DNA of 56,633 nucleotides from the NCBI GenBank assembly GCA_026989045.1, contig JALSJY010000172.1, forward strand, positions 1 through 56,633. The letters are read 5' to 3'. The notes beneath the pieces were generated by a model that was not told the DNA's origin, did no database searches, and worked only from the letters and a program-made list of their open reading frames with translations. Source of the stretch: Hyphomicrobiales bacterium. Its GTDB lineage: Bacteria > Pseudomonadota > Alphaproteobacteria > Rhizobiales > Devosiaceae. A program made the position numbers and the translations under genes. Positions 47,436 to 56,633 of this stretch are shown in pieces. Each line of letters opens with the position of its first letter. Position 1 is the first letter of the stretch.

Positions 47436-47979
47436 CGTGAAAACCAGAAATTGGAAGTGCAATAAATTCACAATTTGCACTATTAAAATCAGTTAAAGAG
47501 TTTTTTGTATCAAAATATACGGCTGGGACTTCAAATGTGTCTGCCCACCAAAGTGCAAGCTCATGTGTTTTAGTGTCAGTAGATTTTCTGTCATCACCAA
47601 AAAACACATAGTCAGCCCCGCTTTCGCCTTTGGTCATAGCATCGTCTTTTGATAAAATATTTCCAGCGCCAACAATCAATTCAGGCTTTAATGTTTTTAT
47701 CGCATCACGTAATTTTTTTATATCAGAACTAATATGCACGCCATCTGCACCAAGCTTTTTTACTAATTCTGGGCTATTATCTAGCAATAAAGCGCTTTGG
47801 CGCTTTTGAGTGATTGGTAAAATTGCCTTGATGCGTTTTTCATATTCAATAGTTTTAATATCGCCCCTTAGTAATAAAATCACAGAAATTTGTGTTTTTG
47901 AATATGCCTGTTCAATGCGCCTTCCTAACTCATCTATTGTCAAATCTGCTGAAATGATCAAAAATATTTGCGCTGGCAT
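47428..47979 (-). CDS. Thiamine-phosphate synthase (TMP-TENI) superfamily protein
   Basis: Pattern LLLDNSPELVKKLGADGVHISS...IVGAG resembles the ThiE/TenI fold. The specific activity is uncertain. Confidence 0.5.
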   Translation of the reverse strand: MPAQIFLIISADLTIDELGRRIEQAYSKTQISVILLLRGDIKTIEYEKRIKAILPITQKRQSALLLDNSPELVKKLGADGVHISSDIKKLRDAIKTLKPELIVGAGNILSKDDAMTKGESGADYVFFGDDRKSTDTKTHELALWWADTFEVPAVYFDTKNSLTDFNSANCEFIALPISGFHDE

Positions 47980-48078
47980 TTTATTCTTTGCTCTCTATCT
48001 AAGCATTATTTTATTTGGGTTTAAGCAATAATAAGGCTTTTTTTAGATATTTTACCCCTTAGTATTATTTTTAGAGTG

Positions 48079-49293
48079 TCACTTTGCAGGGGCGCTATTT
48101 TTTAATGCCTCTATAGCGGGTAGGGATTTGCCCTCCATCCACTCTAAAAAAGCACCCCCAGCGGTTGAAACATAGGTGAAATCATCAACCACTCCAGCAT
48201 GAGCAAGTGCTGCCACTGTGTCGCCACCTCCAGCAATAGAAATTAATTTTCCCTCAGCAGTGCGTTTGGCTACATATTTGGCGACTTCAACCGTTCCTGC
48301 ATCAAATGGCTCATATTCAAAAGCGCCTAATGGGCCATTCCAAACCAGAGTTTTGGCATCATCTATTGCCCCTTTAATGCGATTTATTGAAGAGGGGCCA
48401 ATATCTAAAATCATGCCGTTTGGATCCATCGCATCAAGTCCATAAAAGCTACTTTTTGCATTTGCTTCAAACTTCCAAGCAACATTTGCATCAACGGGTA
48501 AAATTATTGCGCAATGCTCGCCCTCAGATCTATCCATAATTCTATTTGCTGTTTCGCTAAGGTTTTTTTCACAAAGTGAATTGCCAATCCCAACTCCCAT
48601 TGCATAAAGAAATGTATTAGCCATGCCCCCGCCAATAACTAGACCATCAACTTTTTTAAGCAGATTTTCTATTAAATCAATCTTGGTTGAAACTTTCGCC
48701 CCGCCAATTATTGCAATAACAGGGTGAGTAGGATTATCAAGGCCAGCAGAAAGCGCACTTAATTCTTTTTGCATGGCGCGGCCAACTACAGATGGCAAAA
48801 GATGCGCTAATTTTTCGGTTGAAGCATGCGCTCTATGAGCTGCGGAAAAAGCGTCCATAACGAAAATTTCACCAAGAGAAGCCATTGTTTTAGCTAATGT
48901 TTCGTCGTTAGTTATTTCACCAGGGTGAAAGCGGGTATTTTCTAAAATGATAACCGAGCCAAGTGGCGCATCAGCAATTATTTTTTTAGCTTCACTTACA
49001 TCATTCCAATCCGTTTCAATAAAAATTACATCACGATGAATGACTTTTTCAACCTCTGATACAACTTGACGAAGCGAGAAACTCGCATCAACTTTTCCCT
49101 TTGGGCGGCCAAAATGAGACAAAAGAATTGCCTTGCCGTTGACTTTTATAATATCGCGAATTGTTGGCACAAAGCGAATAATTCTTGTAGCATCACTGAC
49201 TTTGCCATTCATCAGCGGAACATTTAAATCAACTCGAACCAGCACATTTTTATGTCTAAGGTCAATATCGTCCATATTGGGCAAGCTAAGCAT
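48079..49293 (-). CDS. pgk: Phosphoglycerate kinase
   Basis: Contains VLVRVDLNVP and IIGGAKVSTKI plus C-terminal STAGGAFLE. I chose the ATG at 49293. The track ORF begins at a TTG at 49332. Confidence 0.92.
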   Translation of the reverse strand: MLSLPNMDDIDLRHKNVLVRVDLNVPLMNGKVSDATRIIRFVPTIRDIIKVNGKAILLSHFGRPKGKVDASFSLRQVVSEVEKVIHRDVIFIETDWNDVSEAKKIIADAPLGSVIILENTRFHPGEITNDETLAKTMASLGEIFVMDAFSAAHRAHASTEKLAHLLPSVVGRAMQKELSALSAGLDNPTHPVIAIIGGAKVSTKIDLIENLLKKVDGLVIGGGMANTFLYAMGVGIGNSLCEKNLSETANRIMDRSEGEHCAIILPVDANVAWKFEANAKSSFYGLDAMDPNGMILDIGPSSINRIKGAIDDAKTLVWNGPLGAFEYEPFDAGTVEVAKYVAKRTAEGKLISIAGGGDTVAALAHAGVVDDFTYVSTAGGAFLEWMEGKSLPAIEALKNSAPAK

Positions 49294-49380
49294 GATAGAC
49301 TCTTTTGTTTTGAGTTTAAGATTCTGAACCAAGACTAAAACAAAATAACAAGCGTATCAATGTCAAACTACATCAAATTA

Positions 49381-51354
49381 TTATAGTTGCTCTTTTGCGC
49401 CATCAACTACCGCTTGTGCCGTGATATTGAAATGCTCGTAAAGCACCCCAGCAGGCGCGCTTGCACCAAAGCTATCCATGCCAACAAAAACGCCATTATC
49501 ACCAAGCAGCCTATCCCAGCATTGCCTAACACCTGCTTCAATTGCAACTCTGGCCCTTGGTGTGCCAATGATTGTTTGGCGATAGCTTTTATCTGATTTG
49601 TAAAATAATTCTAGGCATGGGACTGATATTACCTTAGCCGAGATGCCTTGCTCTTTGAGTGTTTTGCATGCCTCAATAGCAATTGCTACTTCAGTGCCAG
49701 TGGCAAAAATTGCAACATCAGCGTCTTCTTGCCCGCAGATAATGTAAGCGCCATTTCCGCATAGATTTTCTTGGCTCATTTCTTTTCTAACTGCAGGCGT
49801 GTTTTGTCGAGAAAGTGCCAAAATACTTGGAGTGGTTTTATTCTCAAGTGCTAAAAGCCAACATTCAGCAGTTTCTGTTGCGTCGCAGGGTCGAAAAACA
49901 TTGATATTTGGCATGGCGCGAAATGAAGCTAAATGCTCAACTGGTTGGTGGGTTGGCCCATCTTCTCCAACACCTATCGAATCATGGCTCATGACATGAA
50001 TAGTGCGAATTCCCATAAGTGCACTTAGGCGAATTGAGGGGCGGCAATAATCTGAAAAAACGAAAAACCCGCCTGAATATGGCAATAAGCCACCATGTAA
50101 TGCCATGCCATTCATAATAGCTGCCATTGCATGTTCGCGAACACCATAATTGATGAAACGAGCAGAGCGATTATTAGCGCTATAATTTTCCATATCAGTG
50201 GTTTTAGTAAGGTTTGAGCCAGCTAAATCGGCAGAGCCGCCAATAGTTTCAGGCACATTTTTATTGATAGCTTCTAGTGCTATTTGTGAAGCTTTGCGGG
50301 TTGCAATATTTGGCTTTTCATTTGCCAATGTTTCTTTAAGTTCTAAAACTGCCTTTGCTGCTTCAATAGGCAAATTGCCGCTCATGCGGCGCTTAAATTC
50401 ATCGCTTTGCTCTTCATCTAAATTCTCAAGCTGTTTTTCCCATGCAACCCTAATTTTGGTTGAGCGTAAACCAGCTAAACGCCAATCATCAATAATATTT
50501 TGCGGCACGTCAAACGGCTCATTTGTCCAGCCCAAAGCTTGGCGAATACCATCTGCCTCGCTATCACCATAAGGGCCGCCATGCGCCTTTGGCTTTCCTG
50601 CTAAATTTGGCGCTGCAAATCCTGCAATTGTTTTACAAGCAATAAAACTTGGCTTGTCGCTGTTTTTAGCATTTTCTAATGCGTCAGTAATTTCTTGCTG
50701 ATTATGCCCATCAATTGAAATCACGTTAAATCCGTAAGCTGCGAAGCGCGCTCTTTGGTCGGTGCTATCAACTAAATCTATATTTCCATCGATTGTAATG
50801 TCGTTATCGTCCCATAGAACGATTAGTTTATTAAGCTTTAAATGACCCGCGAGCGATGCCGCTTCATGGCTTATGCCCTCCATTAAACAACCATCGCCAA
50901 CCAAAGCATAAGTAAAGTGATCCACTAAATCAGTACCAAATTCAGCAGCTAATTTTGTTTCAGCTATCGCCATGCCAACTGCATTAGCAATGCCTTGACC
51001 AAGCGGGCCTGTGGTTGTTTCTACCCCATCAAGATGACCATATTCTGGGTGGCCGGCTGTTTTTGAGCCAAGGGTTCGGAATTTTTTTATCTCTTCAAGG
51101 TTGGCCTCTTCATATCCAAGCAAATATAGTGCCGAATAAAGTAGCATTGAGCCATGCCCTGCAGAAAGCACAAACCGGTCACGATTTGGCCAATTTGGTG
51201 CTTTTGGATCAAATTTAAGAAATTTTGAAAATAATATAGTTGCTACATCAGCAGCGCCAAGGGGTAGCCCTAAATGGCCACTTTTTGCTTTTTCAACACT
51301 ATCAAGGGAAAGAATACGAATAGCATTTGCCATATTTTGCTGTTTTGAGGTCAT
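49381..51354 (-). CDS. tkt: Transketolase
   Basis: Contains SGHLGLPLGAADV, GDGCLMEGISHEA and GEDGPTHQPVEHL. Confidence 0.93.
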   Translation of the reverse strand: MTSKQQNMANAIRILSLDSVEKAKSGHLGLPLGAADVATILFSKFLKFDPKAPNWPNRDRFVLSAGHGSMLLYSALYLLGYEEANLEEIKKFRTLGSKTAGHPEYGHLDGVETTTGPLGQGIANAVGMAIAETKLAAEFGTDLVDHFTYALVGDGCLMEGISHEAASLAGHLKLNKLIVLWDDNDITIDGNIDLVDSTDQRARFAAYGFNVISIDGHNQQEITDALENAKNSDKPSFIACKTIAGFAAPNLAGKPKAHGGPYGDSEADGIRQALGWTNEPFDVPQNIIDDWRLAGLRSTKIRVAWEKQLENLDEEQSDEFKRRMSGNLPIEAAKAVLELKETLANEKPNIATRKASQIALEAINKNVPETIGGSADLAGSNLTKTTDMENYSANNRSARFINYGVREHAMAAIMNGMALHGGLLPYSGGFFVFSDYCRPSIRLSALMGIRTIHVMSHDSIGVGEDGPTHQPVEHLASFRAMPNINVFRPCDATETAECWLLALENKTTPSILALSRQNTPAVRKEMSQENLCGNGAYIICGQEDADVAIFATGTEVAIAIEACKTLKEQGISAKVISVPCLELFYKSDKSYRQTIIGTPRARVAIEAGVRQCWDRLLGDNGVFVGMDSFGASAPAGVLYEHFNITAQAVVDGAKEQL

Positions 51355-51560
51355 GATTATCTTCTAATTAAAAGTGAAACTGAGTATTTGAGATAAGCTA
51401 ATGACATAACGGGGTCAAAAAACAGAGTCAATGATTAGCTTTAACATCACTTTAATATGTGAACATATCTCTTGGTGGTTGCAAAATGGCCTCTGATAAG
51501 GCTTATTTAGTTAGGAAAAGAATCGACATCGTGATAAAGCGCTGACAAGGGAATATCTAT

Positions 51561-51842
51561 ATGGAAGAAACAAATAGCGAAAACAGCATAGAAGTTGCTT
51601 CAATCAGATTAGACCGTGCAATGGCTAATCTTGAGGCTGTTGTTAATCACAATATTGACCAGAATAAAATCATCTCTCAATTGCAAGGTGAGATTGAAAG
51701 CCTTGCTTTTCAAAAAACTAAATTAAGTTCTGATTTAGATAGGTCTTCAATAAGAGAGAAAAAATTAGATAAATCTGCCAGTGAGGTTTCTAAGCGTCTT
51801 GTTGATGCGATGGAAACTATCAAATCAGTATTAGTAAAATAA
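51561..51842 (+). CDS. zauP: DUF4164 coiled-coil protein, ZauP-like (ZapA partner)
   Basis: Small coiled-coil ORF immediately upstream of zapA. This is the arrangement described for Caulobacter ZauP. Confidence 0.6.
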   Translation: MEETNSENSIEVASIRLDRAMANLEAVVNHNIDQNKIISQLQGEIESLAFQKTKLSSDLDRSSIREKKLDKSASEVSKRLVDAMETIKSVLVK

Positions 51843-51852
51843 GGCGAAAAAA

Positions 51853-52218
51853 ATGGCTGATGTCACCTTAGAGATAAATGATCGCAAGTATAGAATGTCG
51901 TGTGAAGATGGCCAAGAACATCATTTGATAGAGCTTGGTAGGCGGTTCAACATTTTTGTTGATGGTTTTAAGGACGAGTTTGGTGAAATTGGCGATAATC
52001 GCCTAACTGTTATGGCTGGCATTGCGGTGATGGATAATGTAGTTGAGCTGGAGAATAGCCTTAAACAATTGAAAGCCGAACTTGCTAAACTAAATGAAGA
52101 AGAGGGTGCTTTGGCGCAAGAAAAAGAAAAACAAGAAAAAGATTTTGCTAAACGCATGAACGAAGTTGCACAAAAGCTTGAACTTGTCACAAGCGCTTTA
52201 TCACAATCAAAAAGTTAG
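51853..52218 (+). CDS. zapA: Cell-division protein ZapA
   Basis: VTLEINDRKYRMSCEDGQEHHLIELG, then a coiled-coil tail. zapA-ssrS-5FCL synteny is present. Confidence 0.85.
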   Translation: MADVTLEINDRKYRMSCEDGQEHHLIELGRRFNIFVDGFKDEFGEIGDNRLTVMAGIAVMDNVVELENSLKQLKAELAKLNEEEGALAQEKEKQEKDFAKRMNEVAQKLELVTSALSQSKS

Positions 52219-52271
52219 ATTTATTTTTAAACTACCCTTTGCACAATGGCTTTATAGTCTTATATCTATAT

Positions 52272-52420
52272 TTGCTGCCCGTCTCGTGTAGGTTTAAATG
52301 CTTGAGGCCTTAACTTTTCTCAGGGAGCTACCTCTGACCAGACTCGTGGGTTTGGATATGCGGCGCCCACCTATTCACTTAGGTTCTCGAGATAAGCAAC
52401 CCACGGTCGGGTGGCGCTTT
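52272..52420 (+). ncRNA. ssrS: 6S RNA (ends approximate)
   Basis: The position between zapA and the 5-formyl-THF cyclo-ligase gene matches the conserved proteobacterial synteny. The closing stem pairs GCUGCCCG...CGUG (52274 onward) with CACGG..CGGGUGGC (52402-52416). Internal helices (GCUUGAG / CUCGAG..AAGC) flank a central asymmetric region. Putative promoter: TTGCAC-N16-TATATC. Confidence 0.8.
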
Positions 52421-52447
52421 TAAATTTAGAGTTTTTAAGATAGATTT

Positions 52448-53014
52448 GTGAAAAATAATAATTCAAAACCATTATTAAGAAAACAAACGCTTGCTGCTAG
52501 GTCTGCAATTTCAAGCAAACAGAAAAACTTGGCCGTAAATAATGCGGCAAAATTATTCATTAAAAATATACCGATGAATCACAATGATATTATCGCCGCT
52601 TATTGGCCAATTTCTGGTGAGTTGGATTGCTTGCCTTTAGTTGAGCAATTATGGGCGAGGGGGCATCAAATATGCCTACCTGTAACTATAGCTGAAAATA
52701 AGCCGCTTATCTTTAGGGTTTGGCAAAAGGGGCAAAAGCTAATTGATGGCGGACATGGAATAAAAACCCCAGATAAAAATACATCAATTTTAGTGCCAAA
52801 TATTATCATCATGCCGCTAGTGGCTTTTGATAAAAAAGGCGCGCGGCTTGGTTATGGCAAGGGTTATTATGACAGAACGATTGCCAAAATGGAACAAAAG
52901 CCTTTATTGGTGGGTTATGGTTTTGCTTTGCAAGAAGTTGAGCATATAAATAGCGAAAGCCATGATGCTCCGCTTGATTATGTGGTGAGTGAAAAAAAGG
53001 TAGTTAAGTTTTAA
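52448..53014 (+). CDS. 5-formyltetrahydrofolate cyclo-ligase
   Basis: IIMPLVAFDKKGARLGYGKGYYDR motif with a GTG start. It lies downstream of ssrS, as in E. coli ygfA. Confidence 0.85.
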   Translation: MKNNNSKPLLRKQTLAARSAISSKQKNLAVNNAAKLFIKNIPMNHNDIIAAYWPISGELDCLPLVEQLWARGHQICLPVTIAENKPLIFRVWQKGQKLIDGGHGIKTPDKNTSILVPNIIIMPLVAFDKKGARLGYGKGYYDRTIAKMEQKPLLVGYGFALQEVEHINSESHDAPLDYVVSEKKVVKF

Positions 53015-53829
53015 TGCGGATATTATTTTTGGGCGATGTAGTGGGCAAGGTTGGGCGCAAGGCAATAGTTGAAAGACTGCCCTCATTGATAGAAAAGCTC
53101 AAACTGGATTTTGTGATAGTGAATGGCGAAAATGCCAGCCATGGGCGCGGGCTTACTGAAAAGCATTTTAATGAATTGATTGGGGCTGGCGCTGATGTGG
53201 TAACGCTTGGTGATCATGCTTGGGATCAAAAAGAAACGCTTGGCTATATTGCACGTGAGCAGAATCTTGTGCGCCCGATAAATATGGCAAAAGGCACTGC
53301 TGGACGTGGTGCGACTTTAGTGAGCGCAAAAAATGGCCAGCAGGTTTTGGTAGTGCAGGGGTTGGGACGAGTATTTATGAACCCAATTGATTGCCCATTC
53401 TTAGCAATAGAAGACGCAATAGCGCAATGTCCGCTTGGCGAAATGGCAGATGCTATCATTGTAGATTTTCACGTTGAAGCAACGTCTGAAATTCAGGCAA
53501 TGGGGCATTTTCTTGATGGGCGTGCCTCATTAGTGGTCGGCACGCATACCCATATCCCAACCTCAGATCAGCGAATATTAAAAGGCGGCACAGCGCTTAT
53601 GAGTGACGCTGGCATGTGCGGTGATTATGATAGTGTTATCGGGGTGCAAACGGACGAACCGCTAAACCGCTTTTTAACAGGAGTGCCAAAAGAGCGCTTC
53701 ACACCAGCTGAAGGAGAAGCAACACTTTCGGGCGTAATGATTGAGAGCGATGATAAAAGCGGACTTTGTGTGCGTGTTGAGCCGATAAGAATTGGTGGAA
53801 GTTTAACGCAGGTTATGCCGATAGTTTAG
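53014..53829 (+). CDS. YmdB-like metallophosphoesterase (TIGR00282 family)
   Basis: Contains MRILFLGDVVGK, VIVNGENASHGRGLT and GTHTHIPT. Confidence 0.8.
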   Translation: MRILFLGDVVGKVGRKAIVERLPSLIEKLKLDFVIVNGENASHGRGLTEKHFNELIGAGADVVTLGDHAWDQKETLGYIAREQNLVRPINMAKGTAGRGATLVSAKNGQQVLVVQGLGRVFMNPIDCPFLAIEDAIAQCPLGEMADAIIVDFHVEATSEIQAMGHFLDGRASLVVGTHTHIPTSDQRILKGGTALMSDAGMCGDYDSVIGVQTDEPLNRFLTGVPKERFTPAEGEATLSGVMIESDDKSGLCVRVEPIRIGGSLTQVMPIV

Positions 53830-53931
53830 GGTTGAAATGATGTTGGCACTTCCAACAGTGTCATTACTTATTGAATTTTTTAGACGTTTACGGCAATGAT
53901 TTATCGTAATAATAAGAAATGCACAGGCTCA

Positions 53932-54474
53932 CTAAATCTCAAGTTTAATAATTTGGCAATTATCTGGCTGTATTCCAGTTAGCACTCGGATGAAATTGCC
54001 ATGAGATACAATTGCTGTAGAGTGAAGCTTAGTATTTTTAGCCCACTCAACAAATGTTTCCGCCCGTTTTTCAAGCGAAGCAAGTGGCTCTACACTAAAG
54101 CCATGGTGGTTTTTCTCCCCATCATACCACCAAGGGTCATCAAGATGATCAAAGTCAAGATGCTCCCAATTTTTTGCTAGATGTTCAGGCCTCGTCCCCA
54201 CATCTCCACTATAAGATAATTGCTCGCGTACTAGTGGGTTAATGGCTATAGGCAAACTTCTCTCAAACATATATTCAGCTGTTTCAAGCGTGCGAGTGAG
54301 TGGGGAGACTATCAGCTTTTCAACGTTTAATTCAGATATTTTTTGTCGTCCCTCTATGGCTTGCTCTTTACCCAGTTTTGAAAGGGGTGCGTCAAATATC
54401 ATCGGGTCAATAAAATCATTTTTAAAGGCCGCATTAAACTCGGATTGTGCGTGTCGAATAAGATAAATATTCAT
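53932..54474 (-). CDS. Histidine phosphatase (phosphoglycerate-mutase-like) family protein
   Basis: N-terminal IYLIRHAQSEFN (RHG motif) and C-terminal VSHG. Confidence 0.75.
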   Translation of the reverse strand: MNIYLIRHAQSEFNAAFKNDFIDPMIFDAPLSKLGKEQAIEGRQKISELNVEKLIVSPLTRTLETAEYMFERSLPIAINPLVREQLSYSGDVGTRPEHLAKNWEHLDFDHLDDPWWYDGEKNHHGFSVEPLASLEKRAETFVEWAKNTKLHSTAIVSHGNFIRVLTGIQPDNCQIIKLEI

Positions 54475-54477
54475 ATT

Positions 54478-55230
54478 TTATCCAGCCTCAATCTTAGCCA
54501 TATCCGCTTCACTTATTTCAAAATTAGAATAAACATTTTGCACGTCATCATCATCTTCTAGTGTTTCAATTAGCTTGATCAATGTTGCGCCTTTTTCTGC
54601 GTTTAGTGGTGTGTCATTATGCGGTTTAAAAATTGGTTTTACGGATTCAGCTTCTGTGCCTAATTCTTTTGCCAAAGCTACAGAAACATCGCCAATGCTT
54701 TCAAATTCGCAATAAATAATATGCCCATTTTCATCTGAGATAACATCTTCTGCCCCTGCTTCTAATGCTGCCATCATTACATCGTCCGCATCGCCTGCGC
54801 TTAGCGGATAAATAATTTCACCAATTCTATCAAACATAAAGGCGACTGAATTTGTCTCGCCCAATGAGCCACCATTCTTTGAAAATGCGGCACGGATATT
54901 TGATGCGGTGCGGTTACGATTATCTGTTAGTGTTTCAACTATTACTGCAACGCCGCCCGGCCCATACCCCTCATAGCGCACCTCTTGATATTCAGCGCCT
55001 TCGTGCGAGCTGGCTTTTTTTATTGCTCGCTCAATATTGTCTTTGGGCATAGATTGCCCTTTGGCGTTCTGCACGGCAAGGCGTAGGCGTGGGTTCATTG
55101 CTGGGTCTGGCATTCCAGATTTTGCTGCAACGGTTATTTCTTTTGAGAGCTTTGAAAATAATTTTGAGCGCAAACCATCTTGGCGGCCTTTGCGGTGCAT
55201 GATGTTTTTAAACTTGGAATGTCCTGCCAT
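54478..55230 (-). CDS. YebC/PmpR family DNA-binding regulator
   Basis: [18 protein letters not shown] and the remainder are colinear with the YebC family. Confidence 0.9.
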   Translation of the reverse strand: MAGHSKFKNIMHRKGRQDGLRSKLFSKLSKEITVAAKSGMPDPAMNPRLRLAVQNAKGQSMPKDNIERAIKKASSHEGAEYQEVRYEGYGPGGVAVIVETLTDNRNRTASNIRAAFSKNGGSLGETNSVAFMFDRIGEIIYPLSAGDADDVMMAALEAGAEDVISDENGHIIYCEFESIGDVSVALAKELGTEAESVKPIFKPHNDTPLNAEKGATLIKLIETLEDDDDVQNVYSNFEISEADMAKIEAG

Positions 55231-55310
55231 AATATTTCTCTTTTTAAATTACGCTTTTGTTGCTTATAAAAATTTGCCAGAGGTAAGTCAAAGGATAAGC
55301 TAAAAGAAAA

Positions 55311-55339
55311 TTGGGTCTTATCGAGATGACAAGACCCAA
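55311..55339 (-). terminator. Terminator downstream of the small membrane-protein gene
   Basis: TTGGGTCTT pairs with AAGACCCAA. On the minus strand TTTTCTTTT follows. Confidence 0.7.
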
Positions 55340-55362
55340 AATAAATATACTAGTGCTGACTA

Positions 55363-55782
55363 TTACTCAGCAGGAGAAATCTTTGCCTTTGCTATTGCTA
55401 AGCCCAACCAAACAACAGAAACAATGATTGAGATAGCACCAACAAGCACCAAATAAAATGGCAATCCAAATAAGAATTCTGCCATGATGCCAAGAGGCAT
55501 TAACATGCCCATCAGGCCTGTAATAGAAACCCATTTTGCTGAAAACTCAGAAATCGGCAGTTTTAATAATAGATAGCCAATCATTATATTTAAGAAGGCA
55601 AATAAATTTCCATGCACATGCGCAAGTCTAGACTGAAAATGCAACCCATCATTTGCATTAGCTATCCACTCTTCTTTACCGGGTGCGAAATCACGCATAT
55701 AAATTAGAGCAAATCCATAAAGCATAAAGCCGCCCATGAATAATAACCCACCAACAATATTCTTTTTTCCATAATTTTTCAT
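55363..55782 (-). CDS. Small integral membrane protein (four predicted helices), function unknown
   Basis: Hydrophobic segments read from the sequence. A His-rich loop is present (HFQSRLAHVHGN). The start lies 1 nt after the TetR stop. Confidence 0.6.
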   Translation of the reverse strand: MKNYGKKNIVGGLLFMGGFMLYGFALIYMRDFAPGKEEWIANANDGLHFQSRLAHVHGNLFAFLNIMIGYLLLKLPISEFSAKWVSITGLMGMLMPLGIMAEFLFGLPFYLVLVGAISIIVSVVWLGLAIAKAKISPAE

Positions 55783-55783
55783 T

Positions 55784-56401
55784 TTATTTCCTTTGTTTGT
55801 TTGTTTTTATTTGATTAAAATCAATCAAATCTAATTGTATTATGAGAAGTCGTATTCCTTCTTTTGAAAGATCAAAGCCTTTCTGACTAACTGACCAACG
55901 CATACCAACCCCCTGCACCAGAGCAATGATAAGAAAACTCAGGTCAAAAGCTCTCTCTTCACCATATCCAGCCTTAATAAATTCCTTTGTGATATATTTG
56001 CGAAACTGCATCATCATATGAGTAAAAATTTTTCTTAATTCTTCATTTGATTGCTGTAGCTCATAAGAAAACATGATTGTTAAAATGGCGGGATTTTTGC
56101 TCAATAGAGCAAAATGCTCTTCAACAAGCGCCTTTATCTTACCTTTTGGTGTTAGGGTTTTTCGTAATGGTTTTGACCAATAGGATTGAGCTCTATTTGC
56201 AATTTCATTAGCCACACTAAGCCAAATATCTTGCTTAGTTGGAAAATGCTTAAATATTCCTGCATGGGTAAGCCCTGAAGCCTTTGCAATTGTGGCTGTT
56301 GATAAGCGATCTGGTCCATCAATACCTGCCAATGATAAAACTGTTTCTATAATTATAGCTTTTCGTTCTTTTGCACTCATTCGAGTTTTATTTTTTTGCA
56401 T
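55784..56401 (-). CDS. TetR/AcrR family transcriptional regulator
   Basis: HTH STATIAKASGLTHAGIFKHFPTKQDI. I chose the ATG at 56401 (GAGG 6 nt upstream). The track ORF extends to 56431. Confidence 0.85.
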   Translation of the reverse strand: MQKNKTRMSAKERKAIIIETVLSLAGIDGPDRLSTATIAKASGLTHAGIFKHFPTKQDIWLSVANEIANRAQSYWSKPLRKTLTPKGKIKALVEEHFALLSKNPAILTIMFSYELQQSNEELRKIFTHMMMQFRKYITKEFIKAGYGEERAFDLSFLIIALVQGVGMRWSVSQKGFDLSKEGIRLLIIQLDLIDFNQIKTNKQRK

Positions 56402-56514
56402 AAAAAGCCTCAAACAGCAGATTTTCTTCATTAGCTAATAAAATATGAAACCACCTCCTAACCTAATAAACAAATGCACCAAACAGTCGCTTTAATAGTA
56501 TAGTTTGTTTTATG

Positions 56515-56542
56515 ATTAGTTAGTAAGTGCTTACTTACTAAT
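56515..56542. promoter_or_regulatory. Candidate TetR operator (palindrome)
   Basis: TTAGTAAGT (56520-56528) -gctt- ACTTACTAA (56533-56541) forms perfect 9-bp arms. These are nested in ATTAGT...ACTAAT. The site is about 115-140 bp upstream of the TetR start. Confidence 0.5.
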
Positions 56543-56633
56543 GCGGTTATTTATATATTGCAAGTAAAAACTATTCCTAAAAATATAAATTAACACCAAA
56601 AATACGTTTCTATTAACTCTAAGCATAGGAAAT

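Noticed and set aside
1-56633. Search for mobile elements, prophage remnants, CRISPR arrays, restriction-modification or known defence genes, and for a compositionally atypical island.
   Set aside because: I recognised no transposase, integrase, Cas, methyltransferase, nuclease or phage-structural motifs in any frame. By eye, composition and gene content look uniformly core alphaproteobacterial. A quantitative GC and codon-usage scan was not possible here.

Overview
This 56.6-kb window looks like an ordinary core chromosomal segment from an AT-rich alphaproteobacterium. The gene content is Hyphomicrobiales/Rhizobiales-like: cpdR, rcdA, gapR, trcR and zauP-zapA-6S RNA, together with central-metabolism genes. 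I support about 58 protein genes. They include gltB (partial), an hsp20 gene, a fadD-MerR / fadE-fadB-fadA beta-oxidation divergon, pyk, dxs, an L,D-transpeptidase plus DUF882 pair, pntAA-pntAB-pntB, purEK, suhB, efp, pgk and tkt, plus ribosomal proteins L36, S21 and L31. There is one tRNA-Val(GAC), one 6S RNA and several hairpin terminators. Three coding features are absent from the supplied ORF track and were read directly from the DNA: gltB at the left edge (1..2536, minus strand), rpmJ (17778..17903) and a second DUF465 gene (35782..35955). I found no transposase, integrase, CRISPR array, restriction-modification gene or recognisable defence island, and nothing looks horizontally acquired. 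I therefore do not claim a clear new system. The items most worth follow-up are: (1) a candidate sRNA upstream of rcdA that displays CUCCUCCC in a hairpin loop; (2) an orphan MotA/MotB-like proton-channel pair whose B subunit carries a long coiled coil; (3) an SPFH / Arc-like RHH / DUF4177 operon with a tandem 11-bp repeat in its promoter; (4) four TTGAC-N-GTCAA type sites in the fad divergent promoter; (5) an NtrC-family activator lacking GAFTGA; (6) a ROSE-like thermometer in front of hsp20; (7) lysine-rich low-complexity tails on FadE and PntAA. All functional calls rest on motif recognition by eye. No database search was run.
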